Of a stretch of DNA of 41,275 bases, positions 10,531-22,211 are shown piece after piece. A program made the position numbers and the translations under genes. Under the pieces are notes generated by a model. That model was not told the DNA's origin. It was given only the letters and a program-made list of their open reading frames with translations, and searched no databases. The first letter of the stretch is position 1, and the number at the start of each line of letters is the position of its first letter. This stretch comes from Chiloscyllium plagiosum (Eukaryota): NCBI RefSeq assembly GCF_004010195.1, contig NC_057719.1, positions 8,412,442-8,453,716 on the forward strand, in the 5' to 3' direction.

Positions 10531-10848
10531 TGAGTCATAGTCATAGAGTCATGAGGTCTACAACACTGAACCAGGCCCTTTGGCTCAACTTGTCCATGCT
10601 GCCATATTTTCACAATTACAACATTCCCATTTGTTTGTGTTTGATCCAAATCTCTCCAATCTCATCCCAACTATGCACCTATCCAAACGTTTCTTAAATG
10701 ATGAAGTTGTCCTCACTTCAACCACTACCAGCATCTGCAGTCATTGTTTTTACCCACTACCTCTGACAGCCTGCTCCAGACACCCAGCATCCTCTGTGTG
10801 AATAAGTTGTCCCTCTGGCCCCTTTTGTACCTCTCCCCTCTCACTTGC
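10531..10848 (-). mobile_element. CR1 3' end
   Basis: (GTCATAGA)-like tail, CAGGCCCTTTGGCTCAACTTGTCCATGC, CCACTACCTCTGACAGC. Confidence 0.8.
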
Positions 10849-10879
10849 CAGTTCTCAGACAAAATCTAGACATTGTCCA

Positions 10880-11382
10880 AGTAGAATTAATGTTTCAAAT
10901 CCAGTGACTCTTCATCAGAACTGTTCTGATGAAGAATTACTGGACTTGGAATGTTCATAGAATCCCGAGAGTGTGGAAGTAGGCCATTCAGCCCATTGAG
11001 TCCACACCAACCCTCTGAAGAGCATCCAACCCAGACCCACCCTGTCCCTGAAATCCTACATTTCCTATGGCTAACCCATCTAGTTTACACATCCCTAGAC
11101 ACAATGAGCAATTTAGCATGGCCAATCCACCTAATCTGTGCATCTTTGGACTGCAGGAGAAAACCCACGCAGACAAGGGCAGAACATGCAAACTCCACAC
11201 AGCCAGTCGCCCGAGTGTGGAATTGAACTCGTGACACGGGTGCTGTGAGGCATTCATGCTAATCGTTGAGCCACCGTGCCTCCCCATTATATCTGCTTTC
11301 TTCCCATTGATGCTACCTGACCTGCTGAGTTTCGCGAGCAATTTCCATTTCAGATCTCCAGCATCTGCAGTTCTTTGTTTCC
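10880..11382. mobile_element. Palindromic PLE family 2 element, interrupted by HE1
   Basis: TCCAGTGACTCTTCATCAGAAC-T-GTTCTGATGAAGAATTACTGGA; right arm resumes at ~11290 (GATGCTACCTGACCTGCTGAGTTT...CCAGCATCTGCAGTTCTTTG). Confidence 0.75.
10956..11285 (-). mobile_element. HE1-type V-SINE
   Basis: TGCAAACTCCACACAG..GTCGCCCGAG and GAGCCACCGTGCC head on minus strand. Confidence 0.9.
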
Positions 11383-12257
11383 TTGTTGTCCGGGTAGCAT
11401 TGGTCTTGTTCATTGAAGTTTGTACCAAAGACAGAATACAGTGACTGGAGGTATTTGGGCTTAGCTGGCTAGGACAGCATTTATTGCCCATTGTGACTTG
11501 CTCTGGAGAAGGTAGTGGCGATCTTTCTTCTTGCAGCGATGAGGTCCCTATAGTTTATGGCTGGCCATAGTGCTGCTGGGGAGGGGGGATGTGGGGGGTC
11601 CCGTTTGGGTTTTGCAATGATGATTCCAATGTAGGCTGGTGCATGGAGTGAGCTTGTAATTTTCACATGGCAGAGGTGGTGGGCTGGTGGGATGTCAGTG
11701 TGAGTGGGGCAGGATGATACAAAGAAAGAAAATCCAAAATAACCAATTGAAACAAAACAAAAAAGCTGAAGCCTTATGAATGGAAGGCCCTCATCTGTTT
11801 AGATTCATTGTTAAAATATTGTCTCCTTCTGCTTCACAGCAAATGCCGAGAGAGAATCACAGACAGCAACTGGAAATCAATTGAAGAGTCTTATTAAAAA
11901 TTTACCACAAAAATTCACATATCCTTAGTCTAATGGGAATATCAAGCTCCACACTGTTTACTTACCTGACATTCGGCAGCTCAGGATCTATGTGAGAGCT
12001 CAGCATCTGAGTGCCAGAGAGAGTTCCCCAGTGGGTACATCGTCACAATAATTGCCCAGCTTTGCTTTCATGTCTTGTCTCGATGTGTTTGAGTGGTGCT
12101 CTTTGTATTTTGCTTCACTGTAATAGGAAAGTTTGGGACAGCTCCTCAGCTGCCAGTACAACACATTGCCTTGTCTTGTTCTTGAGTGCTCAAGGAATAA
12201 TGTGGTGGCAGGGCCTGAACTGATTGGCAGAGCACTGGGCTGAGAGTCATTCAGAAC

Positions 12258-12575
12258 AGGGGGAGGCAATGCCCTAGTGGTATTATCATTAGACTATTAA
12301 TCCAGAGACCCAGGTAATGTTCTGGGGACCTGGGTTCAAATCCTCCCATGCAGATGGTGAATTTGAATCGAATAATAATTTGGAATTAAGAGTTTAATGA
12401 TAACCATTGTTGGAAAAACCCATCTGGTTCACTTTAGAGAGGGAAATTGCTGTTCTCTATGTGATCTGGCCTTCATGTGACTCCAGACCCACAGCAATGA
12501 CTCTTAACAGCCCTCTGGGCAATTGGGGATGGGCAATAAATGCTGGCCTAGCCAGTGACAGCCACATCCGTAGAT
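12258..12575 (+). mobile_element. tRNA-derived SINE sharing its 3' tail with LINE family B
   Basis: A box-like GCCCTAGTGG, B box GGTTCAAATCC, tail GGGCAATTGGGGATGGGCAATAAATGCTGGCCTAGCCAG. Confidence 0.85.
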
Positions 12576-12984
12576 GAATAATAAGGTAAAAGACAGGGGG
12601 AGTGGAGCGTTGCGGGTGGCATGTGGGGAGTAGCATGATGTGGGGCTGGGTGTTATGTAGGGGCCCCTGGACGTGATCTCTCCACTGATTTTTCAGATGA
12701 AACAGTGGACAGGGTGGAAAAGAGGGGAGAAATTTTGTATTCATCTCGGAGAAGAGGAGGGTTAGTGGGAGATTTGGGCAAATGGTCTCAAAGGCTCTCA
12801 ATGGGTTGGGCAGATGGGCTAATGGTCAACCAGTAGTTTGTGAAGAGTGAGCAGATACGGGGTGGAATGATAACTGGTTACAAAGTGATTGGCTGTACGT
12901 TGATGAAAAATGGAGGAAGGAGAATGGCTTGAAGGGCAGGCATTGAGGATGTCTATCTTGAGTCTGGAATTACAACCTAGTCTC

Positions 12985-13165
12985 AGAGATGGTGATTATG
13001 AAATTATCGTTGATTGTCATAAAATCCCATCTCTTAGGGAGGGAAACTGTCATCCTTACCTGGTCTGGCTGACTTGTGACTCCAGACCCACATCAATGTG
13101 GTTGACTCTTAATTGGCCTCAGGGCAATTGGGAATGGGCAATAAATACTGATCTAGCCAACATCT
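12985..13165 (+). mobile_element. 3' half of the same tRNA-SINE family
   Basis: GGGAAACTGTCATCCTTACCTGGTCTGGC..GTGACTCCAGACCCACA..GGGCAATAAATACTG. Confidence 0.8.
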
Positions 13166-13174
13166 CAAATTCTA

Positions 13175-13346
13175 AATTTGATGTTGATCTCGCTCTCTGT
13201 GCACCTTCTCTGCAGCTGTAACATTGTTTTCCTCACTGTTCTATTACCCTGATGCATTTTGTACAGTCTGATCTGCCTGTACTGCATGCAAAACTAAACT
13301 TTTCACTGTAGTTAGGCACACCTGACAATAATAAATCAAATCAAAA
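13175..13346 (+). mobile_element. Rex1/Babar-like 3' UTR remnant
   Basis: CTTTTCACTGTA..GACAATAATAAATCAAATCAAA tail. Confidence 0.55.
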
Positions 13347-13814
13347 AGTCACCAAACCAGGAAGCCATTATGACAAGAAGGAGGCCATTCAGCCCATTAA
13401 TACTGGTCTAGGCAGAGATGCCCACATTTGATGAATGACCAAGGCAATGGGAGGTGGCCAGTTCCAGAAACCATCTCAAGTCAGCTTGCTGACTACCTCA
13501 CTTTCTGTGAGAGTCTGAGGAAGGGGAGGAAGCCATTCAGCCCCTCTGCCCTGTTCCATCATTCAGTTATCACATCATCCCAGCTCTCTGTGGAGCAATC
13601 CAATCAGCCCCATGGCCCACTCCATTCTTGCAGCTGTGAAAGTTTATTTCTTTCACATGCCTGTCCCAAATCTGTTTCAAATCATTGACCCTCTTCTCTT
13701 CCAACACCCTCACTGACAGGTGGATACAGACCATTATAAGCCGCTACTGATGAGAAAAGTTCTTCCTCTTAATACCCTGCCTCCCTCCACCACTGTCCCC
13801 TGCTCCTCTCACTC

Positions 13815-14150
13815 AACACCATGAACCCTAACCTTACATGGGCTCCTACTGACCTGGATGATGCAATGGCTTGAGTCCATAGTTGGATTTCCTTTCTCTG
13901 ATGGAAGGAAGCCCTCGTGTAACTTCACGGTTTTAGAGAGAAAAAGGTGGAGAAGAGAGTGAGAACCAAAGAAGAAAGGATGAAGAAAATGAGAATGCTG
14001 TCCAAACAAGGGGATACAGGATGTCCCTTCTGTCCCATGTACAGTACTTCTCTGTGCAAAGACCTGCTCTGAGCCACAGTACCTCGGTCTGTCCCAACAG
14101 GAACGAGCATCAAACCCCCTGTATGTTGGAACCAACATGATCCACACCAT
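13815..14150 (+). mobile_element. Possible highly decayed RTE-clade LINE 3' end
   Basis: Purine-rich segment (REKVEKRVRTKEERMKK) followed by TGTGCAAAGACCTGC..CTCGGTCTG (CAKTC..LGL), like the RTE C-terminal CxxC..IGL.SH motif. Confidence 0.3.
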
Positions 14151-14244
14151 CAGCTGACCAGACAAACAAGTCAACCAGTACACACAGTTGCCATGCCAAC
14201 AATATGTTCATTATGCTTTGTCAGATATTGTTGGGGGAATCTAG

Positions 14245-14470
14245 CACAAGGGGAGATAAGCTTGAAATCAGAGCTGGATTATTTAAAAGTGAGGGTAATG
14301 GAAATATTAGCTTTCTTCACAAAATCCTGTATATATTGGGACTGATTTACAATGAGAAAGGATTTCAAGCGGCCTAAGTCTCAGGCAGGCAAATGAAGCT
14401 GAGACCAGCTATGACCAAATTGAATGACAGAACTGGTTCAGGGGCTGAATGGCCACCTCCCATTCCTTAC
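14245..14470 (+). mobile_element. Old CR1 3' end
   Basis: CTTTCTTCACA.., AGGGGCTGAATGGCCACCTCC tail. Confidence 0.6.
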
Positions 14471-14629
14471 AGGGAGATACTCATGCTTTTAGACATTTGT
14501 TGACTTCTGGCAAGAGCTGGAACTGAAGGTCTCTCAACCTGAGAGACAAATGATCTAGTCTAATGATGTAACCTTTAATTGAGGAACTTCATGCTGCAGT
14601 GTGCCTGGTGTAATCAGGTTTGGAGATGA

Positions 14630-14790
14630 ACCTCAGAAGATTCAGGGTCAATAACGTCAAAGCACTGAAGAAATAGTTAATGGACATCCTATATGGCTGT
14701 GACAAAGGAAAATGCCCTCCTCCTTCCTTCTTGCCCTGTCTTTTGTTACCTTTGTTGATAATCCTTGTCACCCAGCGATCCGAACAGATG
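14630..14790 (+). mobile_element. Decayed L2-like RT fragment
   Basis: Frameshifted STE..VN.DILYGCDKGK...LLALS matches the HSTETAL.KV.NDIL..CDKGK..LLDLSAAF motif. Confidence 0.5.
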
Positions 14791-15126
14791 CAAATATCAT
14801 CCCCATATCTGGGAGCAAGTGGCTGGTGAAGAAGCCTTTGATTCAGGATCCAATCTTTCAGCATATGCCACTTCATTCCCTGCAAAATGGAAGGGCTTAC
14901 ATAACTTTACAGATCACTAAACATTTTTACAATTACAGCAAGGACCAATTGTAACCAATCAGAAAAGATCAAAACTCCTTCATGGTCCATTTAAATGGTG
15001 CTGATGGGGGTGGACTAGGTCTATCTTGCTGAGCATGTGTAAGAGATCATGCCTTTGGCTCTCCAAAGCACCACATCATACATTAATTAACTTCCACCCT
15101 GCAAATGTCAGGTAGATACTCTCTGC

Positions 15127-15252
15127 ATGAAGGGCCTTTGCCCGAAACGTTGATTTTCCTGCTCCTCAGATGCTGCCTGACCTGCTGTGCTTTTCTAGCA
15201 CCACTCTGATCTAATCTCTGGTTTCCATCATCTGCAGTCCTCACTTTTGCCT
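15127..15252 (+). mobile_element. PLE family 1 terminal repeat
   Basis: ATGAAGGGCCTTTGCCCGAAACGTTGATTTTCCTGCTCC...CTGCAGTCCTCACTTTTGCCT; TCTCTGCA on both flanks. Confidence 0.88.
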
Positions 15253-15596
15253 ATTCTCTGCACCTACACCAGTGTGCCTACAAAATGGTATCCAGTGAGG
15301 CTAGCAGCAGTAGCATGTATATGGCCCTCAGACTCCAAAAGAAAACATACACATGATGCCAAAACCTGGACACGATGAAGCTGAGTGGTGTGGGCATCTA
15401 TCTGGGCGTACTTGCCCTGTTGGTTACCAGAGCTGGTGCTGTGCTAATTTGGCCACCAGCTTTCCTGCATACCAGAAGTTCTGACTTCATTGGCTGAGAA
15501 GTGTTTCAGAATCAGTTGAAAGGTGCCCTCTGTAACTGCCACAATTTTCCATTTGCAAGTTAGCTTACCCCTTGCCCAATGCTGCTCATTTAACAA

Positions 15597-16237
15597 AGTT
15601 ATGTTGTCCTTTTTTTTCCCAAAGAAGGGTTGTAAAAGGCAGTGGCTCCGGTTTGTCTGGGAGTAGGGACCTTGCTCATGGCTAACGGATACTGCCTAAG
15701 GCAACAATCAGGGAAAAGGGCTTTTAGGGTTTTTTTTAAAAAACACTTGCACAATGAAAGGGGAGTGGCCATTTCTCCCAATTCAGGGTTTTATTTTCTG
15801 ATTTGGTTTGGGTTTTAGCAAGCAGTCTGTTCAAAGCTCCTGGACAAAGAAAGCTGCTGGAAGAAAAGGTTCCCTGACTCAGTAGATGTTTCTGACTGAC
15901 ACTCTCTCTCTCCAAAATCTTTCCTGTATTTTAATTTACCTTTTTTCACCAAGGGGTGTGTTTATAGGGACGTTGCAGGAAACTGGAACAGCTCCTTTGT
16001 TAAGTTGCAGGGGATATAGTGTCAGTTGGGTTTCAAATGTTGCTATTTGAAATTCTGTTTTCTTTTGCTTGTGTTTTATTAGTGTAAATAAATTTTGTTT
16101 TACTTGAAACCAAGTGGTTTGACCAGCTGCATCACTCCTGGAATATCCACCTTATATCTGCCTGAAGCAACCAGAAATGTTATGCTCTGAGCTACCTTCT
16201 TAAAAGGATTTGAAGGGGTTTGGCTTGGTCAATAATG
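15597..16237 (+). mobile_element. Probable decayed solo LTR
   Basis: GTTATG start, AATAAA ~16087, end GGTTTGGCTTGGTCAATAA resembles the end of the LTR at 20430-21299. Confidence 0.5.
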
Positions 16238-16687
16238 TCAACTCACCAGATGTAATTAAGGATCTGAACTCTGACTGGACGCATTATTGAAGGTTTCAAT
16301 ACATACCCACCCACCCCCAACAGTCTCATGCACTCATATGAACCCCAGCACCCGCTCCACATCTCCAATATTGATATGAAAGTGAACTGCTATTCGAGGT
16401 AATCATTCTGAAAACGTGAAAGTTGAAGCTGCCCATTAAATTCCAACCAATCTGAAGACGTATCACAGTCTTTGGGAGGAGAATTGAGGAATTGAGCTTA
16501 AGATTCCAGTGGAGACAGACACATCAGCTCTGCCTCTTGGTTCTCATGGTAAGAAGGCTAGTGCACTTTATACCTATTGATATCAGGGGATAGATGAGAC
16601 TTTGTTATGTTAGATATGTGCCTTTTCTCAATAAAACTCAATAGTGCTTTATCCTCTACCACTGCTAAATAGAAAGAGCCTCAAAAT

Positions 16688-16922
16688 CAGCACAGTTGTA
16701 GTGCCCATAACTTTGTACCAGGATGCCCAGGTCAAGTCCCACCTGTGCCAGAGGTGTGCCATTACACATCTGAAACTAGTTCATTAGAAAATATTTAGAA
16801 ATCAGGTTTGGGCTGGCTTAGGTGAAGTGGTAGTGTATCCCTGGACCAGGAGGCCTAGGTTCAAGTCCCATGCACTCAGAGGTGTGTAATAACATCCCTG
16901 AACACGTTGATAGGAAAATTAG
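16688..16922 (+). mobile_element. Two tandem ~110-bp tRNA-like short SINEs
   Basis: Both units contain GG(T)TCAAGTCCCA..CAGAGGTGTG..ACATC.CTGAA..AGAAAAT; third copy at 26695-26797. Confidence 0.65.
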
Positions 16923-17299
16923 CTTAAGAAAGGGGTTTCTGTAGAGGGAGGGGTGGGCAGGTCAGAGGGCCTCCTCATGGGATTGGCCAATATTGGTGTC
17001 AGGAGGTCCAGGCAGTGGCATTGGACAAGGCCATAACATGTGACTGTCTGTCCCTCTTTTACAGTTACAGAAACCCTTCAGGCCTGGCTGTCTATTGAGA
17101 GAACCTGAGAGACTGATGGGTACAACAGTATCACCACCCTGGAGCATGGTTGGTTTTGATAAGCTTTGATTCTATTTCTATGAGTTTCTGTTAACAGTTT
17201 GATTTTGTTACTACTGCAGTGCCCACCTGGGGCTACCTAATCTATTGAAGTTTATCTTCAGAAAAACAGAATTCTCACCCTCTTCTAACATTTTTAAAA

Positions 17300-17631
17300 T
17301 TCATTTATGCCTATGGGCATTGCTGGCTAGGCTAGTATTTATTGCCCAGAGGGCAGTTAATAGTCAACCACATCGTGGGTCTGGAGTCACATGGAAGCCA
17401 GATCAGCTAAGGATGGCGGTTTGCTTCCCTGAAGGAAGTTAGTGAAACAGATGGGTTTTTAAACAACAACAATTACATGGTTTCTATCAGATTCTTAATT
17501 CCCGGATTGTTTTGGTTGAATTCAATTTCCACCAAGTGCCACAGCAGGATTTTAATCCATGTCCCCAGAACATTACCTACATCTCTGAGTTAGTAGTCCA
17601 ATGACAATACCACTAGGTCATCACTTCCCCC
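17300..17631 (-). mobile_element. tRNA-derived SINE (same family as 12258-12575)
   Basis: Reverse-complement match: GTCCCCAGAACATTACC..AATACCACTAGG. Confidence 0.85.
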
Positions 17632-17904
17632 AATAGTAAACACGAGTCTCTCTCTTATGGCTATGACTGCACCTGGGTCTCCATAAAGAGGGAGCATCCG
17701 AAGGTGCAGTTTAGGTCTTTCATGATCTGTTTCTACCACTAGAGCTAAGAGAACATGATCAATCCTGATTTCAGTATTTTAATTTCATTTCCATATGCCT
17801 CCTTTTAGATTTTCACTTTTGTTACAAAACCCCTGACGGATTGTCAACCTTGAATCTGGTTGTGTGGCTTTACCATTGGGAAAGGAGGATTGGTGGGATG
17901 ATGG

Positions 17905-18395
17905 ACGATGTCATGTGGGGAGAGGTTGATTAGATCGGGCCTGTACTTTCGTTTCTTTCTCTGTTTTCATCTGTAACCTGTTGGATCTCAACCATGCACA
18001 CCTCCAACACCAGAAACACTCGCACCAATGCTGGATTAATCTGATCTGAAGCGTAGAAGATTCTTAGGGGACTAGACAGGGTATTTATGGAGAGGTTGTT
18101 CCAACTTATGGGAGAGTCTAGGACCAGCATGCATAATCTCAGAATAATCTCACAATTTAAGACAGGGATGAGGAGGAATTTCTTCTCTGGGAGGGGAGCG
18201 AGTCTGTGCAATTCTTTACTGCAGAGGGCTATAGAGATTATGTCATTCAATACAGACAGAACTTTAATTAGTAAGAAAATCAAGGGTGAAAGGGGAAGCC
18301 AGGAAAGTGGAGATGATGATTGTCAGGTCAGCCAACTCATTGAATGGTGGAGCTGACTCAATGGGCTGAATGGCCTATTTCTGCTTCTGGTCTTA
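17905..18395 (+). mobile_element. CR1 3' end with a 96-bp foreign insert at 17951-18046
   Basis: ERLFQLMGESRTSMHNLRI..MRRNFFSGRGASLCNSLLQRA; tail GGGCTGAATGGCCTATTTCTGCT. Confidence 0.85.
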
Positions 18396-18416
18396 TTCAA
18401 ATATATTCAACAAAAG

Positions 18417-18460
18417 GTGGAGTCACCATGGTCCTATTAGGCCAATGGATGCTCTCTGCT

Positions 18461-18499
<39 letters not shown>

Positions 18500-18653
18500 G
18501 ACTGGTGGTGGCTTAACCTAAGGGTCATCACACCTCAGGTGAGGGGAGAGGTTGAAAAGGTGGACCTTTGATGGTAGCCTCAGCTGGTTTGGGAACTGAG
18601 CCCACACTATTGGAATCACTGTATCACAAACCAGCCATCCATGCTAGCCAACC
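18417..18653 (-). mobile_element. tRNA-derived SINE (third family) with an expanded (GA)n microsatellite at 18466-18497
   Basis: CACCTCAGG.GAGGGGAGAGGTTGA..CCTCAGCTGG..CCAGCCA; homolog at 28095-28300. Confidence 0.7.
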
Positions 18654-19834
18654 CCTTTTCCAACAAAATCAAGGGGAATAAACACACTTCTTACGTAGCT
18701 TCCAGCTGGTGTCTTTAATTACAGGACACTCCAAGCAACCCCTGCATCTCCCTAGGGATCAGATGAATCCAACGTTGGTGCGGGTGTTTCTGGTGGTGGA
18801 GTTGTGTGTGGTAGAGATCCAACAGGTTACTGGTGGAAAGAGTGAAAGAAACAAAACTAAGCACTTGACATCTCTGATATTTTGTGGATAAAGACTCCAG
18901 ATGCAAAAGAACATTTTTTTATCTCAAATTTTCCACATGGCTGCCATAATATCTGTTTATTGAGCTCATCTGTACAGTATTTACCTTGGAGAACTCTGTG
19001 CTGCTAACATCAGATTATCCCCATTGAGCTGACACCACCTACTGCTCACACTTACTGTGCTCACTTTGTGTGGCTTCCTGATGTTTTGTATTGACATGCT
19101 TTATTTTCTGTTATAGATTCTTTGTTCTTCTAGAAGGTATTTCATGCCAAGCAAGATTTACTTTGACAAAGGCTTATGGCAGAGATGAGTTTCTTCTGAC
19201 TTTATTTTTCCCATGCAGTTTTCTTTCCAATGACAAGCCCCCTCTATCACTGTACCCTTGCAGCTCAGAGTATGCCAAGTATATTTATCTGAACAAAGCC
19301 CCTTGACAGGCAAATCTAGTGTTGCAACAAACAGTGATCATGAAATTGAAGAGTTTTGAAATTGGTGCATTTATTAAGGCTGCATTGGTCGGACAATTCT
19401 GATGTGTGTTATGTGGACTCTCACACAGTGTTAAACCATTCGCTCAGCGCGGGCAGTAGGAGTTGAGGCAAGGATAACTAGAAAGAAATATATCAATTAG
19501 GAGTAGGTAAATCTGACCTTTGAACCTGCTCCACCACTCAATATGGTTTATCATCCAACTCAGCACCCTGTACCAACGCTCCCTCCCCTGCTTACCCAGA
19601 GTAAGCATTGAGCTTTCATACTTGTGACTGAGAATTCAGCGCATCATGTCCTACCTGTTCATTGGAAGATGTTTGCAATGTCTCCCAAGCCTAATATCTC
19701 TATGTACGTTTTTCGGGGAATGTAACTTAGATATTTTTAGCAAATCTCCACCTCCCCCCCTCACCCCGTCCACGCCCCAGTTACCTAAGAAAGGTCTTAT
19801 TTGAGCTTGCTCTACCATTCAATGGTTGATTTTA

Positions 19835-20190
19835 AGCCAGCGACAGTGAAGGAACAGCAATACATTTCCTCATCAGGACGGCAAGTGGGTTGGAGGGGAA
19901 CTTGCATATGGTGGTCTTCCCATGTATCTCCTGCTCTTGTTCTGCTAGGTGGAAGTGGTTGTGGGTTTGGAAAGTGCTGTCTAAGGAGCCTTGGTAAATT
20001 ACTGCTGTGTTATATGTGTTACACATTGCATCAGTGGTGGAGGGAGTGAATGTTAAAAGTGATAGATTGATGTCAATGGGAAGGTTTGCCCTCAGTTATA
20101 TCAAGTTTCCTGAGTGTTGTTGGAACTAAACCAATTCAGGCAAGTGGGGGCTATTCATCTCACTTGGAGATAGCAGACAAGCTCTAGGAT
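19835..20190 (-). mobile_element. LINE family B fragment
   Basis: CCAGCGACAGTGAAGGAAC..TTGGAGGGGAACTTGC..GGAAAGTGCTGTCTAAGGAGCCTTGG. Confidence 0.75.
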
Positions 20191-20429
20191 TTCCTTCTGT
20201 AATTTAAATCAACGCAGTCCAGTTATTGACTTCACTGCTGATGGAAATAGGTTTTGCTGATACACTCTACCTGACCCCCATCTTAGCCAATCTTTCTTCA
20301 AGGCCAAAACGCCCCACTCCTCGCTACCACTCCACAACACTGGAGAATGATGGAGATTGATTCAGCTACACTGCAGCCTATGTGGAGTATTGGCAAGAGC
20401 AGAGTGGGGAGTGGTTTAGGAGGAGGTGT

Positions 20430-21299
20430 AGCTATGACTGGGTTAAAACTTTAAACTGCAGTGTCACCAAACTAGTTTCTTTTTTTTCTAAAACCTGCTC
20501 CTTTGCTCAAGGATACTCTGTCCTTGATTTTTTCAGAGGGGTAATAAACTAGGCCGGGCTCCGATCAGTCTGGTTTGGTACAGAGATGAAAGGGATTTTG
20601 AGAGGCCTTTTGTTTATATACAAACAAACAGATGAGACTTCAGGCCAAAGTGGTCATGTTTTAGAAGTGATCTGTATAAAGAAAATTGAGTGGTCAGCTT
20701 TCTAGCTGAGCTGAACAGTTTAGTTCAGTCCTGAACTGGTTGGAAGTTCAACAGGGAGCTGTGTGGAAACTCTCTCTTTTCTGTCCTTCAACTTCAACCT
20801 GTAAGCATGTGTTCCATTTATACTGGTTTTTAAAGGGAGTTTGCTTATTGGGACTTTTGTATATATTCGGAACAGCATAATTAACTTTAGTTTGGACAGA
20901 CTGAGTTCTGTAGGGGTTCTTTATTCTGTTCTTTGTGTTTCATTGTGTAATTTTGTGAATACATATCTGTCTGTTCTAAAATCTAGTAAGGCAAAAGTGA
21001 GGACTGCAGATGCAGAAAATCAGAGTCGAGATTAGAGTGGTGCTGGAAAAGCACAGCATCCAAGGAGCAGGAAATGATGAAGGGCTTTTGCCCGAAACGT
21101 CGATTTTCCTGCTCTTCGGATGCTGCCTGACCTGCTGTGCTTTTCCAGCACCACTCTAATCTAGACTAAAATCTAGTAGTCAACCTAGCTAACTTACTCC
21201 GGGTCATTTTCACTGTACACTTACCAAAACAAATTGCAAAGTTATGGTTTGGGGCTGCCAGCTTTAGAACGTTTTGAGTGGTCTGGCCTGTCCATAACA
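20430..21299 (+). mobile_element. Probable solo LTR with nested PLE palindrome
   Basis: Ends GTCTGGCCTGTCCATAACA; degenerate (GC)TATGAC start; LTR-like composition. Confidence 0.6.
20989..21165. mobile_element. Palindromic PLE family 1 element (centre deleted) with perfect 13-bp TSD
   Basis: CTAAAATCTAGTA at 20976-20988 and 21166-21178; same start (AGGCAAAAGTG) and end (CACTCTAATCTAGA) as the 4617 copy. Confidence 0.92.
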
Positions 21300-21647
21300 T
21301 CATCATCATTAAATCAAAGAGAAGCAGATCTTGTCTTATGTCACAAGAAGCTTGAGAGGGTTGCAGTATTATGCTGTACACAATGACTTTGGCCGTGCCC
21401 TGGGCTTCTCCACTTTAGGCCAGTACGCCATAGCCTCTCATATACACAGTGAGAGAAGTGAGACTACTGTGTTCAGTGACTATGAAGGATGGTCAGCTTT
21501 CCATAGCATTTCCCCCTCTCCGACTTTGCAACCATTGACCTGTGCTTCCTGCACCTCAGTGGTATTGAGTTATCTCTAAATGTCACCTTGATGGATGTTA
21601 TGGAGAGTCCCAAGTCGAACACCTTGGGAAATTAAGAGTTAACAAGG

Positions 21648-21845
21648 ACAAGTTGTTCTGTCATAACGTGCGTTTCATCTGCGCGAAATCGCTGTGATGC
21701 TATTGATGAATTGTTTCTAAAGTGTGAACTTATAAAACGTGTGCTGGCTGTAACGCGATTACATCGCCAACAGTTTAAGCGTTGTTTCTTAAGTGCGATT
21801 TTTCTATAACGCGGATTTGCGCAAGAACACACAATAACTGACTGA
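21648..21845. mobile_element. Tc1/mariner (Tigger/MER6-like) MITE
   Basis: CpG-rich island with repeated TAACGCG/TAACGTG motifs (ATAACGTGCGTTTC, GTAACGCGATT, TATAACGCGG). Confidence 0.6.
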
Positions 21846-21914
21846 AACTTGTGCCTCGGTGTACTGATTCAGATCATTCCCAACTCTGTGCTGTCAGTGC
21901 GCAGCCTGCTGCAT

Positions 21915-22105
21915 AGACTTGAGCTGAGAATCTAGCTTGACTCTCCGATGCAGTATTGAGGAAGTGCTGCATTGTCTGATGTGCCATCTTTCAAATAGGA
22001 AGCTGTTCGAAGGCTCCATATGCCCTCTCTATCCATACTTTAAAAGGCTCATTGCAGCATTTCGAAGAAAATCTTGGAGTTGAACCTTACAGGGGCCTGA
22101 CAATG
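21915..22105 (+). mobile_element. DeuSINE (SacSINE1/AmnSINE-like) Deu-domain
   Basis: TGCAGTATTGAGGAAGTGCTGCATTGTCTGATGTGCCATCTTTC..GCATTTCGAAGAA. Confidence 0.7.
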
Positions 22106-22211
22106 TGATAAATGCTACAGGATTACACAGTGTTGCAGTGATGCTGATCCTGACTTTGGGCGGAATTCGCTTGTATCTTTTAATTCTGCTCATGGTGTGA
22201 TTCCTAGTAAA

